Below, in pieces: positions 29,734-38,463 of a stretch of DNA of 64,000 bases. Positions within the stretch are counted from its first letter, which is position 1. Every line of letters begins with the position of its first letter. Below the pieces are notes generated by a model that searched no databases, was not told the DNA's origin, and worked only from the letters and a program-made list of their open reading frames with translations. Source of the stretch: Actinobacteria bacterium HGW-Actinobacteria-4 (GTDB taxonomy: Bacteria > Actinomycetota > Actinomycetes > Actinomycetales > Demequinaceae); the NCBI GenBank assembly GCA_002841315.1, contig PHEW01000014.1, forward strand, positions 183 through 64,182, in the 5' to 3' direction. Position numbers and translations under genes: made by a program.

Positions 29734-31104
29734 ATGACCACGTCAACGCAGACTGTTCAGGAAGCCCGAACCAAGCGCAGTGCGCGCAGAAGCTGGTGGG
29801 TTGACGGCATCGAGGCCTCCGTGTGGATCGCCTCCGCTGCCGCCGTAGCCCTCATGATCGAAAGTGGGGGGCTCCTCACCGTCAGCGCGATCGACTACCT
29901 CTACGCGCTAGGCCGTGCCGCCGGAATCGTGGCAGCGGTGCTCGTGATGTCACAGGTGCTACTGATCTCGCGCAGCCCGTGGATTGAGCGGGCCATCGGT
30001 CATGACCGCGCGGCCCTCAAGCACACGCGGTTCGGGAAGATCGCCTTCATCCTGATGCTGGTCCACGTTGCGTTCATCACCTTGATGTCGGCGTACTACG
30101 ACGGCAAGGGGGCGCTCGAGCAGTTGTTGTCGTTCAGCGACGCCGGCTGGTTCATGCTCGCCGCCCAGGTGGGATTCGGCATCTTTGCCCTCGTGGTTGC
30201 CACCTCACTGTATCTGGTGCGATCGCGCTGGCGCTACGAGAACTGGTACGCCGTGCACCTGAGTGTGTACATCGCCATCGCCTTTGTGGTCCCACACCAG
30301 TTCATGGAGGGTTCGACGTTCCGTAGCGGCGGGCTTGCATGGTGGTTCTGGTTCACGCTCTACGCGTTCGCGTTTGGGTCATTGATCGTCTTCAGGATGA
30401 TCCGCCCGGGTGTGAACCTGATGCGCCACGACCTGCGGGTGTCCGAGGTCACGGTGAACCCCGACGGTTCTACCTCAGTGGTGATGACCGGCAGGAACCT
30501 GGACCGCTTGCGAGCGCGCCCAGGTCAGTTCTTCCTCTGGCGATTCCTCGACAAGGAACGCGGGCGTGAGGCCCACCCGTTCTCGTTGTCCCGCCAGCCC
30601 GACGGCAAGACGTTGCGCATCACCGTGAAACCTAGCGGCGACCACTCGGGCTCCCTGGCGGGACTCGCTATCGGCACGCGAGTGGTGGCTGATGGTCCGC
30701 TGGGGGTGTTCTCCGACGTCTCTCGCACCAAGCCAGGTCTCGCGCTGTTCGCCGCAGGCATTGGCATCACGCCCATCCGCGCGATGCTCGAAACCCACGG
30801 CGCGGACGACGGCGCGTGCACAGTGGTCTATCGCGTGCGCTCTGCTGAGGAGGCCCCGTTGCTCGACGAGGTCCAGGCACTCGCGGCATCGAGCGGAGCT
30901 CAGCTACACGTGCTGACGGGCGGCCGCGGTGACGGTTGGGCGCCTGCTGGCCACGAAGGCTCGCTCACGGACCTCATTCCCGATCTCACGGATCGTGACG
31001 TGTACATATGCGGGCCCGCGGTATGGGCTGCCGTAGTCGAGGCCGAAGCGCTTGCTGCGGGTGTCCCGCGTGAGTCCGTTCACCGCGAACAGTTTGCCTG
31101 GTAG
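29734..31104 (+). CDS. ferric reductase-like (NOX-type) transmembrane protein with FAD/NAD(P)-binding domain
   Basis: Six N-terminal TM helices with conserved His residues. FAD motif HPFSLS and NAD-binding AAGIGITP. 456 aa. Confidence 0.85.
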   Translation: MTTSTQTVQEARTKRSARRSWWVDGIEASVWIASAAAVALMIESGGLLTVSAIDYLYALGRAAGIVAAVLVMSQVLLISRSPWIERAIGHDRAALKHTRFGKIAFILMLVHVAFITLMSAYYDGKGALEQLLSFSDAGWFMLAAQVGFGIFALVVATSLYLVRSRWRYENWYAVHLSVYIAIAFVVPHQFMEGSTFRSGGLAWWFWFTLYAFAFGSLIVFRMIRPGVNLMRHDLRVSEVTVNPDGSTSVVMTGRNLDRLRARPGQFFLWRFLDKERGREAHPFSLSRQPDGKTLRITVKPSGDHSGSLAGLAIGTRVVADGPLGVFSDVSRTKPGLALFAAGIGITPIRAMLETHGADDGACTVVYRVRSAEEAPLLDEVQALAASSGAQLHVLTGGRGDGWAPAGHEGSLTDLIPDLTDRDVYICGPAVWAAVVEAEALAAGVPRESVHREQFAW

Positions 31105-31128
31105 AGACCGGGTCAGGGAGGGAGTTCT

Positions 31129-31611
31129 ATGAAGACCACGCGAGTACTGCTCGTCGCCGGAAGCTCTGCTGCACTCATCGCGGCGGGATATGCGGCGTCG
31201 CCCAAGGCGCTACCTTCCTTTGAGGTAGTGCAACCTGGAACGCCGCCTGTCGACGATGGCGCTGTCCAGCCACCCGCGAACCCCAGCGAGCCGTCGTCGG
31301 CCCCGCCACGCGAACCCAGCGGCGACGGCTACACCGATGGCGTCTTCGACGGCCCGCGGGTCACGAACCTGCGCGGGGGTTACCAGGCACAGGTCACGAT
31401 CGACGGCGGCGTCATCGTGAGCGTGGCCGCGCTTGAGGCCGGAACAAGCGCACCCGAATCCGTCAGGGTCAACGCGTTCGCGGTGCCAGCGTTAGCCGAG
31501 CGTGTGCTCGAGGCGCAGTCCGCCGATGTCGAGCACATCAGCGGATCCTCGTTCACGTCGCCCGCCATGATCGAGTCAATTGAGGGCGCGCTCCAGCAAG
31601 CGCTCGCCTGA
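31129..31611 (+). CDS. extracytoplasmic FMN-binding domain protein (flavinylation substrate)
   Basis: N-terminal signal/anchor MKTTRVLLVAGSSAALIAAG and C-terminal FMN_bind-like motif DVEHISGSSFTSPAM. Confidence 0.75.
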   Translation: MKTTRVLLVAGSSAALIAAGYAASPKALPSFEVVQPGTPPVDDGAVQPPANPSEPSSAPPREPSGDGYTDGVFDGPRVTNLRGGYQAQVTIDGGVIVSVAALEAGTSAPESVRVNAFAVPALAERVLEAQSADVEHISGSSFTSPAMIESIEGALQQALA

Positions 31612-31622
31612 GGCCCCAGCCG

Positions 31623-32408
31623 GTGAACGCGCCCCGCCACCAGCGCGTGGTCCACTCGATGGCGATGCCGTTCACGGTGGATGTCGAGGGGATCGACACT
31701 CGTGCGGCCTTCGATGGTGCGGTCGCTGCGTTCCATGCGGACCTCGAATGGTCCAACGCCGTGTTCTCGCTCTGGGACCCTTCCACGCCCCTGTCCAGGT
31801 ACGCACGCGGGGAGATCACCGTCGACGAGTGCCCGCCTGAGGTTGGCGACGTACTCGACCTCTGCGATCACTACCGCGGCCTGACCGGCGGCGCCTTCAA
31901 TGCCGAGCGGCCCGACGGCACAGTCGACCCCACAGGCATCGTCAAAGGGTGGGCGGTAGAGCGCGCCGCCCGACACCTCGTCCAAGCGGGCGCGACGGAC
32001 TGGCTGGTGGGAGCATCGGGCGATGTGTGGACGGCCGAAGGCGCGCGGTCCCGGCGCCTAGGGATCGCGGACCCGCGCGAGGTTGGCGACCCTCAGGGCA
32101 AACCGGTGGTTGACGTTGTCGAACTGGGAGGCGAACGGAGGGCGCTCGCCACCTCCGGCGGCGCGCAAGATGAGGACCACATCTGGGATCCGGTCACGGG
32201 CCTGCCCGCGCGGCACATCAGGCAGGCCTCGGTGATAGGCGCGAGTCTTGTCGAGGCCGATGCCTGGGCCACGGCCATCGTCGCGGGAGGCATTGAGGTG
32301 GTGCCGCTGGCCACTGCCGCTGGGCTAGAGGTGCTGGTGGTCACGGGCGTGCGGATCGACGGCACGCTCGCCGCGCAGGCGAGCCCAGGGTGGCCGTCTG
32401 TGCTCTAG
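31623..32408 (+). CDS. apbE: FAD:protein FMN transferase (ApbE family)
   Basis: 261 aa, GTG start. ApbE-like blocks (MAMPFTVDV, DPTGIVKGWAVERAA, ALATSGG, ADAWATA). Confidence 0.8.
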   Translation: MNAPRHQRVVHSMAMPFTVDVEGIDTRAAFDGAVAAFHADLEWSNAVFSLWDPSTPLSRYARGEITVDECPPEVGDVLDLCDHYRGLTGGAFNAERPDGTVDPTGIVKGWAVERAARHLVQAGATDWLVGASGDVWTAEGARSRRLGIADPREVGDPQGKPVVDVVELGGERRALATSGGAQDEDHIWDPVTGLPARHIRQASVIGASLVEADAWATAIVAGGIEVVPLATAAGLEVLVVTGVRIDGTLAAQASPGWPSVL

Positions 32409-32523
32409 CGCGAGTGTCACGTTTCTGCGGCGCGCGAACCATTGCGCGCGGGCGGACGTTGTCCACGTGGAGCCGGCGTTGAAGCGCCGCGCCCGCGAGG
32501 TTCCCGGCGAAAGGTGAGTCCCC

Positions 32524-33129
32524 ATGAACCGTGTTGCCTGTGCTGTCGTCGTAGCGCTGCTCGCGGCCGGGATCGCGGCCTGTGAGCCGTCCGGGGAAAG
32601 GACGCCCTGGCCCGTTGCAGGCGAGTCCGGGGCGAGCGAGTCGCCCCAGCCGACGGCACCCAGTGACGTGGGGGCCGCCGTTCACGTACGCCCGCCGGGA
32701 GAAACCTACGTGCCCGAGAGTGCGCCCTCCTCCAACAAGGACGGCACGGCAGGTTCGGGTTGCACGCCCGGCACTCGTGGCTCGTTGCCCGATGGCGTCT
32801 GGCGAGGGCTCATCACTGACGCTGACGCTGCGAATGTTGAGTTCGATCTGCTCTGTTCCTGGACCTTCGACTCGGAAAGGTTCCTCAAGGAGATCGCTCA
32901 GCACGAGCCCGGCGAGCCAGCAGTCATCTATGTCACTCGCAATGACAACCCGGCCAAACGTTCTCTCCCCCTCGCTCCCGATCTGGCCGCGTGGCGCCAG
33001 CGGGCGGGACCGGAGCCGATCGACGTCGACGACTTCCTTGCCGAGCGCAGTGCGGGGGCGTGGACCGAGGCGTGGGTGTTCGTCAATGGCGGAGTTGTCA
33101 CGGAGATATCGGAGGTCTACGTGCCGTAG
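32524..33129 (+). CDS. hypothetical lipoprotein
   Basis: Lipobox LLAAGIAAC after MNRVACAVVVA. 201 aa. No family recognised. Confidence 0.6.
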   Translation: MNRVACAVVVALLAAGIAACEPSGERTPWPVAGESGASESPQPTAPSDVGAAVHVRPPGETYVPESAPSSNKDGTAGSGCTPGTRGSLPDGVWRGLITDADAANVEFDLLCSWTFDSERFLKEIAQHEPGEPAVIYVTRNDNPAKRSLPLAPDLAAWRQRAGPEPIDVDDFLAERSAGAWTEAWVFVNGGVVTEISEVYVP

Positions 33130-33300
33130 CCGTCGCACTGCGGCGGCGCTGTTGCTTGGGGGGTGCGAACTCTGGCACAATGGGTCGCTGGCTACCGCGG
33201 CCCTCTATCCGCGTGAAGCTATTCGTCTTGCTAGCAGCATCAGCCGATTTCCCCGGCTGTCCGCCGCCGGCTCACACCGAATACTAGGAGAAACCACAGC

Positions 33301-33903
33301 ATGGCCGTAAAGATTCGTTTGAAGCGTTTTGGCAAGAAGAAGGCCCCCTTCTACCGAGTGATCGTGATCGACTCCCGCGCCAAGCGCGACGGTCGCGCAC
33401 TTGAAGAGATCGGCAAGTACCACCCGCTAGGAGATCCCTCGGTCATCGAGATCAACTCCGACCGCGCGCAGTACTGGCTGTCAGTGGGTGCTCAGCCCAC
33501 CGACCAGGTTCGCAAGCTCCTGACCCTCACCGGTGACTGGGGCACGTTCAAGGGTGACAAGGACGCCAAGAACACCGTGCAGGTGGCCGCTGGCAAGCTG
33601 AGCCCCGAAGAGCAGATCAAGAAGGTTGCCGCAGACGCAGAGAAGTTGAAGGCCGCGAAGGCAGAGGCTAAGGACAAGGCCAAGAAGGAGGCCGAAGCTG
33701 AAGCGAAGGCCGCCGACGAGGCTGCGAAGGCCGAGGCTGCCGCCGCTCCTGCGGAGGACGCTGCTCCCGCTGCTGAAGAAGCGCCTGCGGCTGATGAGGC
33801 TGCTGCTGAAGAGGCTACCGAAGCTCCCGCTGACGAGGCTCCCGCTGTTGAAGAGCCCGCAGCCGAAGAGGCACCTGAGGCTGACAAGGCCGAGGAGAAG
33901 TAG
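33301..33903 (+). CDS. rpsP: 30S ribosomal protein S16 with Ala/Glu/Lys-rich C-terminal extension
   Basis: [32 protein letters not shown]..., followed by ~90 aa of low-complexity A/E/K/P tail. Confidence 0.95.
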   Translation: MAVKIRLKRFGKKKAPFYRVIVIDSRAKRDGRALEEIGKYHPLGDPSVIEINSDRAQYWLSVGAQPTDQVRKLLTLTGDWGTFKGDKDAKNTVQVAAGKLSPEEQIKKVAADAEKLKAAKAEAKDKAKKEAEAEAKAADEAAKAEAAAAPAEDAAPAAEEAPAADEAAAEEATEAPADEAPAVEEPAAEEAPEADKAEEK

Positions 33904-33905
33904 TC

Positions 33906-34136
33906 ATGACCCTCGACGCCCTCGAGTACTTGGTCCGCAGCATTGTCCGTAATCCGGACGATGTCACCGTCACCGAGCGCTCGGGGCGTCGTGGCGTCAC
34001 CCTCAACGTCGTGGTTCACCCCGACGACCTCCCGCGTGTGATCGGCCGCCGTGGCCGAACCGCGCAGGCGCTGCGCACTGTCATCGACGCCATCTCGCGT
34101 GACGACGTGCGCGTCAACATCGTTGACGTCGACTAA
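33906..34136 (+). CDS. KH domain RNA-binding protein (UPF0109 / YlqC-like)
   Basis: 76 aa, GxxG loop VIGRRGRTAQALRTVI. Conserved position between rpsP and rimM. Confidence 0.9.
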   Translation: MTLDALEYLVRSIVRNPDDVTVTERSGRRGVTLNVVVHPDDLPRVIGRRGRTAQALRTVIDAISRDDVRVNIVDVD

Positions 34137-34250
34137 CCGTTCCCACCTGCGCCGCGCCTCCGAGCCTCAGCGCTCGAACCCACCCCATCTCTGCCGTGCG
34201 CACGGAACACTCGCCACGAACTAGCTGGCGCGTCGCCTACGCTGGGACAC

Positions 34251-35435
34251 ATGAAACTGACTGTTGCCCGCATCGGCCGCGCTCACGGCCTCAAAGGCGA
34301 GGTGTCCGTCGAGCTTCACACCGACATCCCTGAGTCCAGGCTTGCCGCCGGAGCGGTGCTCGACACCGAGCCGCCCACGGCAGGACCGCTCACTGTGGTG
34401 CGCACCCGCACGCAGGCCGGCCGCTGGTACGTCACGTTCGAGGAGCTCACGTCCCGTGAGGATGCCGACGCCGCGCGCGGAGTCGAACTCGTGGTCGACG
34501 AGGAGGAGTCCGAGGAAGACGACGCCTGGTACCTTCACGAAATCATCGGACTGCGCGCCGAGCGCCCCAACGGTGACCTGGTGGGCGAGGTGGTGGGCCT
34601 CGAGCACCCGCCTGCCCACGACCTGCTGATCGTCAAGGAGCCAGGCGGCACTCGCGCGCGCATCCCGTTTGTCGAGGCCATGGTCCCGGAGGTCGATGTT
34701 GCAGGCGGGCGCGTCGTGGTGGACCGTCACCGACGAGACGCGCGGAGACGCCTAATGCGCCTCGACGTGGTCACCATCTTCCCCGAGTACTTCGAGGTTC
34801 TTGACGTGTCGCTCTTGGGCAAGGCGCGGGCGGCGGCGCTGGTCGAGACCCACGTCCACAACCTGCGCGACTGGACCAGCGACAACCACAAGACCGTGGA
34901 CGACGCCCCCTTTGGTGGCGGCGCAGGAATGGTCATGAAGGCCGACGTCTGGGGCGCCGCGCTGGACGATGTGCTGCAACCTGGCGCGCACCTCATCATC
35001 CCGAGTCCCGCCGGCGTGCCGTTCACGCAGGCCATGGCCCGCGAGCTAGCAGGCGAGACTCAGCTGGTGTTCGCGTGCGGGCGCTACGAGGGCATCGACG
35101 CGCGCGTCGCGGAGCACTACGCCGATGCTGGATTCCGGGTGTCCGAGGTCTCCCTGGGCGACTACGTCCTCAACGGGGGAGAGGTGGCGGCGCTCGCGAT
35201 GATCGAGGCGATCGCGCGGCTGATCCCGGGGTTCATGGGCAACGCCCAGAGCATCGTCGAAGAGAGCCACGAGGACGGTCTGCTCGAGTATCCCTCGTAC
35301 ACGCGCCCCGCGTCGTGGCGTGGGCTTGATGTGCCGGAGATCCTGCTGGGCGGCAACCACGCCAAGATCGATCAGTGGCGGCGCGCGCAGAGTGAGCAGC
35401 GCACGCGTGAGCGGCGCCCGGACCTGCTCGGCTAG
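34251..35435 (+). CDS. rimM: continuous ORF encoding RimM (16S rRNA processing) and TrmD modules
   Basis: Residues 1-156 are RimM-like ([16 protein letters not shown]...[21 protein letters not shown]). A basic linker [10 protein letters not shown] follows. From Met169 (nt 34755) the sequence is TrmD. There is no in-frame stop between the modules. Confidence 0.7.
   Translation: MKLTVARIGRAHGLKGEVSVELHTDIPESRLAAGAVLDTEPPTAGPLTVVRTRTQAGRWYVTFEELTSREDADAARGVELVVDEEESEEDDAWYLHEIIGLRAERPNGDLVGEVVGLEHPPAHDLLIVKEPGGTRARIPFVEAMVPEVDVAGGRVVVDRHRRDARRRLMRLDVVTIFPEYFEVLDVSLLGKARAAALVETHVHNLRDWTSDNHKTVDDAPFGGGAGMVMKADVWGAALDDVLQPGAHLIIPSPAGVPFTQAMARELAGETQLVFACGRYEGIDARVAEHYADAGFRVSEVSLGDYVLNGGEVAALAMIEAIARLIPGFMGNAQSIVEESHEDGLLEYPSYTRPASWRGLDVPEILLGGNHAKIDQWRRAQSEQRTRERRPDLLG
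34755..35435 (+). CDS. trmD: tRNA (guanine37-N1)-methyltransferase module (possible independent initiation at ATG 34755)
   Basis: [24 protein letters not shown]...[13 protein letters not shown]...[11 protein letters not shown]...[11 protein letters not shown]. The ATG sits in a cTAATG context typical of rimM-trmD stop/start overlaps, but the TAA is out of frame with the upstream ORF. Confidence 0.85.
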   Translation: MRLDVVTIFPEYFEVLDVSLLGKARAAALVETHVHNLRDWTSDNHKTVDDAPFGGGAGMVMKADVWGAALDDVLQPGAHLIIPSPAGVPFTQAMARELAGETQLVFACGRYEGIDARVAEHYADAGFRVSEVSLGDYVLNGGEVAALAMIEAIARLIPGFMGNAQSIVEESHEDGLLEYPSYTRPASWRGLDVPEILLGGNHAKIDQWRRAQSEQRTRERRPDLLG

Positions 35436-36214
35436 CCCGCCGACTCCGTCCAGCCGAGGCGGTCGCGCACGACCTTGAGGGTTGCTGCAGGGAAGCGGTT
35501 GTCAGCGCCTGCCCAACACGCCTCTACGAGATCAACCAAAGCGAGAGCTGTGCCCTCAAGGTCGCCAACGAGGCATTCTGCTAATTGTGCCGCGAAGTCC
35601 GGCATGGCGTTCTCGACTCTTCGCAAGCTGTCGAGTCGATCTCCATCCAATGAGCGCGATGGCACCGTTGCTCGCGCTGCACGTACAAGGTGTTCCACCG
35701 CGGCGCCTCGAATGATCGCATTGGCGCTGATGGTTTCGCCGCGTCGCAGCCGTCCGCAACCGTGCAGGATGGTCATGAAGAAGAGGCTGAGGTCGCGCTC
35801 AAAGGAGCCCTCGCTCGGTGGGAACGGCTTGACTGCGATCTGTGCCACGACGTCGCTCACGCCGCCCCGGTCGAGGAGCACCGCGCAGTCGCTCGCGTAC
35901 CACGTTGCGAAATCCTGCAGCGAGGCGACGCCCCATTCCACGAGATGGCCGTCGGCGAACAGCGCGCGGCACCCTCCGTGATGCTCAGTCACGACGTCGA
36001 CAACGGATTCGTGATTTGCCATCCAGGAGACATCGCCACGGAACTGGGCTTCGCTTCCCTCGGCGACGACAATCGCGATGTCATGGTCCGACCACTCGTC
36101 GGTGCGCGACCGGTTCGCGGTGGAGCCCATGGCGACCACTCCGATCACTGCGTCCTCAAGTGCGAGACGGGTAACAGTTTCGTCAAGCCATTGCTGGTAC
36201 TCGACGGGGGTCAA
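35432..36214 (-). CDS. nucleotidyltransferase, aminoglycoside 6-adenylyltransferase (ANT(6)/AadK)-like
   Basis: [28 protein letters not shown] resembles the AadK LEGSRTNRNIPPDNFQDYDISYFV block. Start proposed at TTG 36214, overlapping the GH31 stop (TTGA), which places the N-terminus at an AadK-like distance from the GS motif. The ORF-track start at 36622 lies inside GH31. Confidence 0.6.
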   Translation of the reverse strand: MTPVEYQQWLDETVTRLALEDAVIGVVAMGSTANRSRTDEWSDHDIAIVVAEGSEAQFRGDVSWMANHESVVDVVTEHHGGCRALFADGHLVEWGVASLQDFATWYASDCAVLLDRGGVSDVVAQIAVKPFPPSEGSFERDLSLFFMTILHGCGRLRRGETISANAIIRGAAVEHLVRAARATVPSRSLDGDRLDSLRRVENAMPDFAAQLAECLVGDLEGTALALVDLVEACWAGADNRFPAATLKVVRDRLGWTESAG

Positions 36215-38463
36215 CTGACGGCCCCGAAGACGTGAGCGAGAGCGTCCCACGCTTCTTCGCGAACGTAGACGGGCACCTGGTGGCGCGGGCACTCTCGAGC
36301 CACCGTGACGCCACCCTTGATCGCTTCGCCTGTCCACGCGTCCCGCCACCGTCCTTCCGGCACGTAGACGTCGCGGGTTCCCGCGGATGTCACGATGGGT
36401 GCCACCAGAATGTCGTCCCCGAGTAGCCATTGCGGATCCGACGTCCACACCTTCGGGTCGTCGGGGTAGTCGAAGAACAGCGCACGCATGAGCGGCGCGC
36501 TCGTGTTGACTGCCTTGCGGGCCTGTTCCTCGAGGTAGGGAAGTAGCCGCTCGCGCAGGTGAACAATGCTCCTCACATCGCCAATCACGGCGTCGTCGCC
36601 ATGGATCTGAGCTACATGCCACGGCGTACGGTCGCGGCGGGGCTTCTTATGATGATTGAACTCGGAGTGGTATTGCATGATGGGCACGAACGCGGATGCG
36701 GCGAATGCGCGCACGTAGAGCTCGGGTTCGGGCACGGGTCCCGAGAAGCCTGCGATGTCCCAGCCCCAGTACACGATTCCGCATGCCGATGCGCTCAGTC
36801 CAGCCCACATTGACCACCGGAAGGCGTCCCACGTGGAATTCTCGTCGCCCGCCCAGAATGCCCCGTGGGCTTGGGATCCGGTGAACCCTGAACGGCTGAA
36901 GGTCACCGGGGCTTTGCCGCACGAGCGCAACAGGTCGCCGTAGGCCTTGGCGTACGCCACGGGGAACACGTTGTTCTTATCCGCACCTGTGGAGCCATCG
37001 AGGTACTGCAAGTCTGATCCCCACGCATGTTCACCGCCGTCGGTCTTGAAGCCGTCGATCCCGAGGTCTTCAACCAAGTAACGGCGCTTTGCCACCCACC
37101 ACTGAGCCGCTCGAGCATCGGTGAGATCGGGCATGAGTGACAGTGGGAACCACCACCCTCGATTCCGGTACGGGCGGGTCGATCCGTCGGAAGTCCGTTG
37201 CTTGACAACCACATCCGCTTGGACGGCCGCGTCCGCGTCGTACCGCGCTTGGCCACGGGGGTGCGGTCGCATCTTCATCAAAGGAATCTGCCACAAGATC
37301 ACCTTGACTCCGTGCTCGTGCAGCGAGTCGATCATGCTCTGTGGGTCCGGCCACGCTCCGTCGGCGGGATACGTGATGTCAGCGCCGCGCAGTGGCTCCC
37401 CGGCTTGGTTCGGAGTGAACTCCGCGTCTCGAAACACCGTGAATGTCGACTCGTCGCTCCACGCCTCAATGACGACGCTCCCTACAGGAATATCGTGCTG
37501 CCGATGCAGGGCCATCTCCCGTTCAACGGCCTCTTGAGTGTTCCACTCGTTGCCGCTGGCCCACAGCCGAAGGACCCAGGTGGGCAGTTCAGTGGCACGC
37601 CCCACGTCATTTAAGAAGGCGTCGAGGACGAGCGTGGGTGAACCGCGGTAGATGGCAACGCTGGCTACGGTCGCGGCGTCTGCGGGCTCATCAACGTCGA
37701 CGTCAATCCACAGCCGCGTGGGATCACTTGCTCCCACATCGAACCAGACGCGCCGGGTGGTCTCGACATGGAACCCCCAGCCGGCGCCGCCCACCACGTG
37801 CGCAAAGGGCATGGGAAGGTAGGTGCGCTTGGTGGCGCCTTGGTTCTTGTATTGCTCAAACACTTGCGAGTCAAGGCGTTCTCCGCGTTGATCAAGTTGG
37901 TCAAAGCGCTCACCGAACCCCACCACGCTTTCGCCCGGCAACAGAGGCAATGCGAATCGCACCCTGCGGATGCGCTCGCCAGCGACTAGTACGGAGACGG
38001 AACCTGGAACCACGGAACTCTCGGGCGCGCCTACCAGGGAGTCATCGCGAGCAGTCCATCGGGCCACATCGGCACGGAAGGTCTTGGTTGACTTGGTGCG
38101 ACCGGCAATGGATCGCGCGTGGAACGCGTAGGTGATCGCCACCGCATCCGGATCGACATCGAAGGTTGCTTCCCAAGCCGTGGCGTCTCGATCGGCTCGC
38201 GCTTGCGCTGCCGCGAGGTGTCCGCCATCCACAGCTTGGCCGCGTTCCGTTCGGCGAGTGCGCAGGCAGGGCAGAGTCAGGGCGGTTGTGTGCCCATCGG
38301 CAAACTCGTGCACCACGGCCACATGGACGTCCGTTGTCTCGCCATTGGCGCGCGCGCCGAGTCGAAGCGTTGAGCCCGCCTCCGGAACCACAGGGCTGCG
38401 TTGATCGGAATCATCCTGATATCCGTGCCCGGATCCGAGAGGTCGATGTTGAAGTCTCAGCAT
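36211..38463 (-). CDS. glycoside hydrolase family 31 (alpha-glucosidase-type)
   Basis: GIDGFKTDGGE and WGWDIAGFSG blocks typical of GH31. ATG 38463 is preceded by AAGGAG at 5-nt spacing. Confidence 0.88.
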   Translation of the reverse strand: MLRLQHRPLGSGHGYQDDSDQRSPVVPEAGSTLRLGARANGETTDVHVAVVHEFADGHTTALTLPCLRTRRTERGQAVDGGHLAAAQARADRDATAWEATFDVDPDAVAITYAFHARSIAGRTKSTKTFRADVARWTARDDSLVGAPESSVVPGSVSVLVAGERIRRVRFALPLLPGESVVGFGERFDQLDQRGERLDSQVFEQYKNQGATKRTYLPMPFAHVVGGAGWGFHVETTRRVWFDVGASDPTRLWIDVDVDEPADAATVASVAIYRGSPTLVLDAFLNDVGRATELPTWVLRLWASGNEWNTQEAVEREMALHRQHDIPVGSVVIEAWSDESTFTVFRDAEFTPNQAGEPLRGADITYPADGAWPDPQSMIDSLHEHGVKVILWQIPLMKMRPHPRGQARYDADAAVQADVVVKQRTSDGSTRPYRNRGWWFPLSLMPDLTDARAAQWWVAKRRYLVEDLGIDGFKTDGGEHAWGSDLQYLDGSTGADKNNVFPVAYAKAYGDLLRSCGKAPVTFSRSGFTGSQAHGAFWAGDENSTWDAFRWSMWAGLSASACGIVYWGWDIAGFSGPVPEPELYVRAFAASAFVPIMQYHSEFNHHKKPRRDRTPWHVAQIHGDDAVIGDVRSIVHLRERLLPYLEEQARKAVNTSAPLMRALFFDYPDDPKVWTSDPQWLLGDDILVAPIVTSAGTRDVYVPEGRWRDAWTGEAIKGGVTVARECPRHQVPVYVREEAWDALAHVFGAVS

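Noticed and set aside
36215-36622. N-terminal 136 codons of the ORF-track entry 35432-36622
   Set aside because: This part lies entirely inside the GH31 gene in another frame and encodes an Arg-rich nonsense-like peptide. The nucleotidyltransferase homology begins only after the TTG at 36214.
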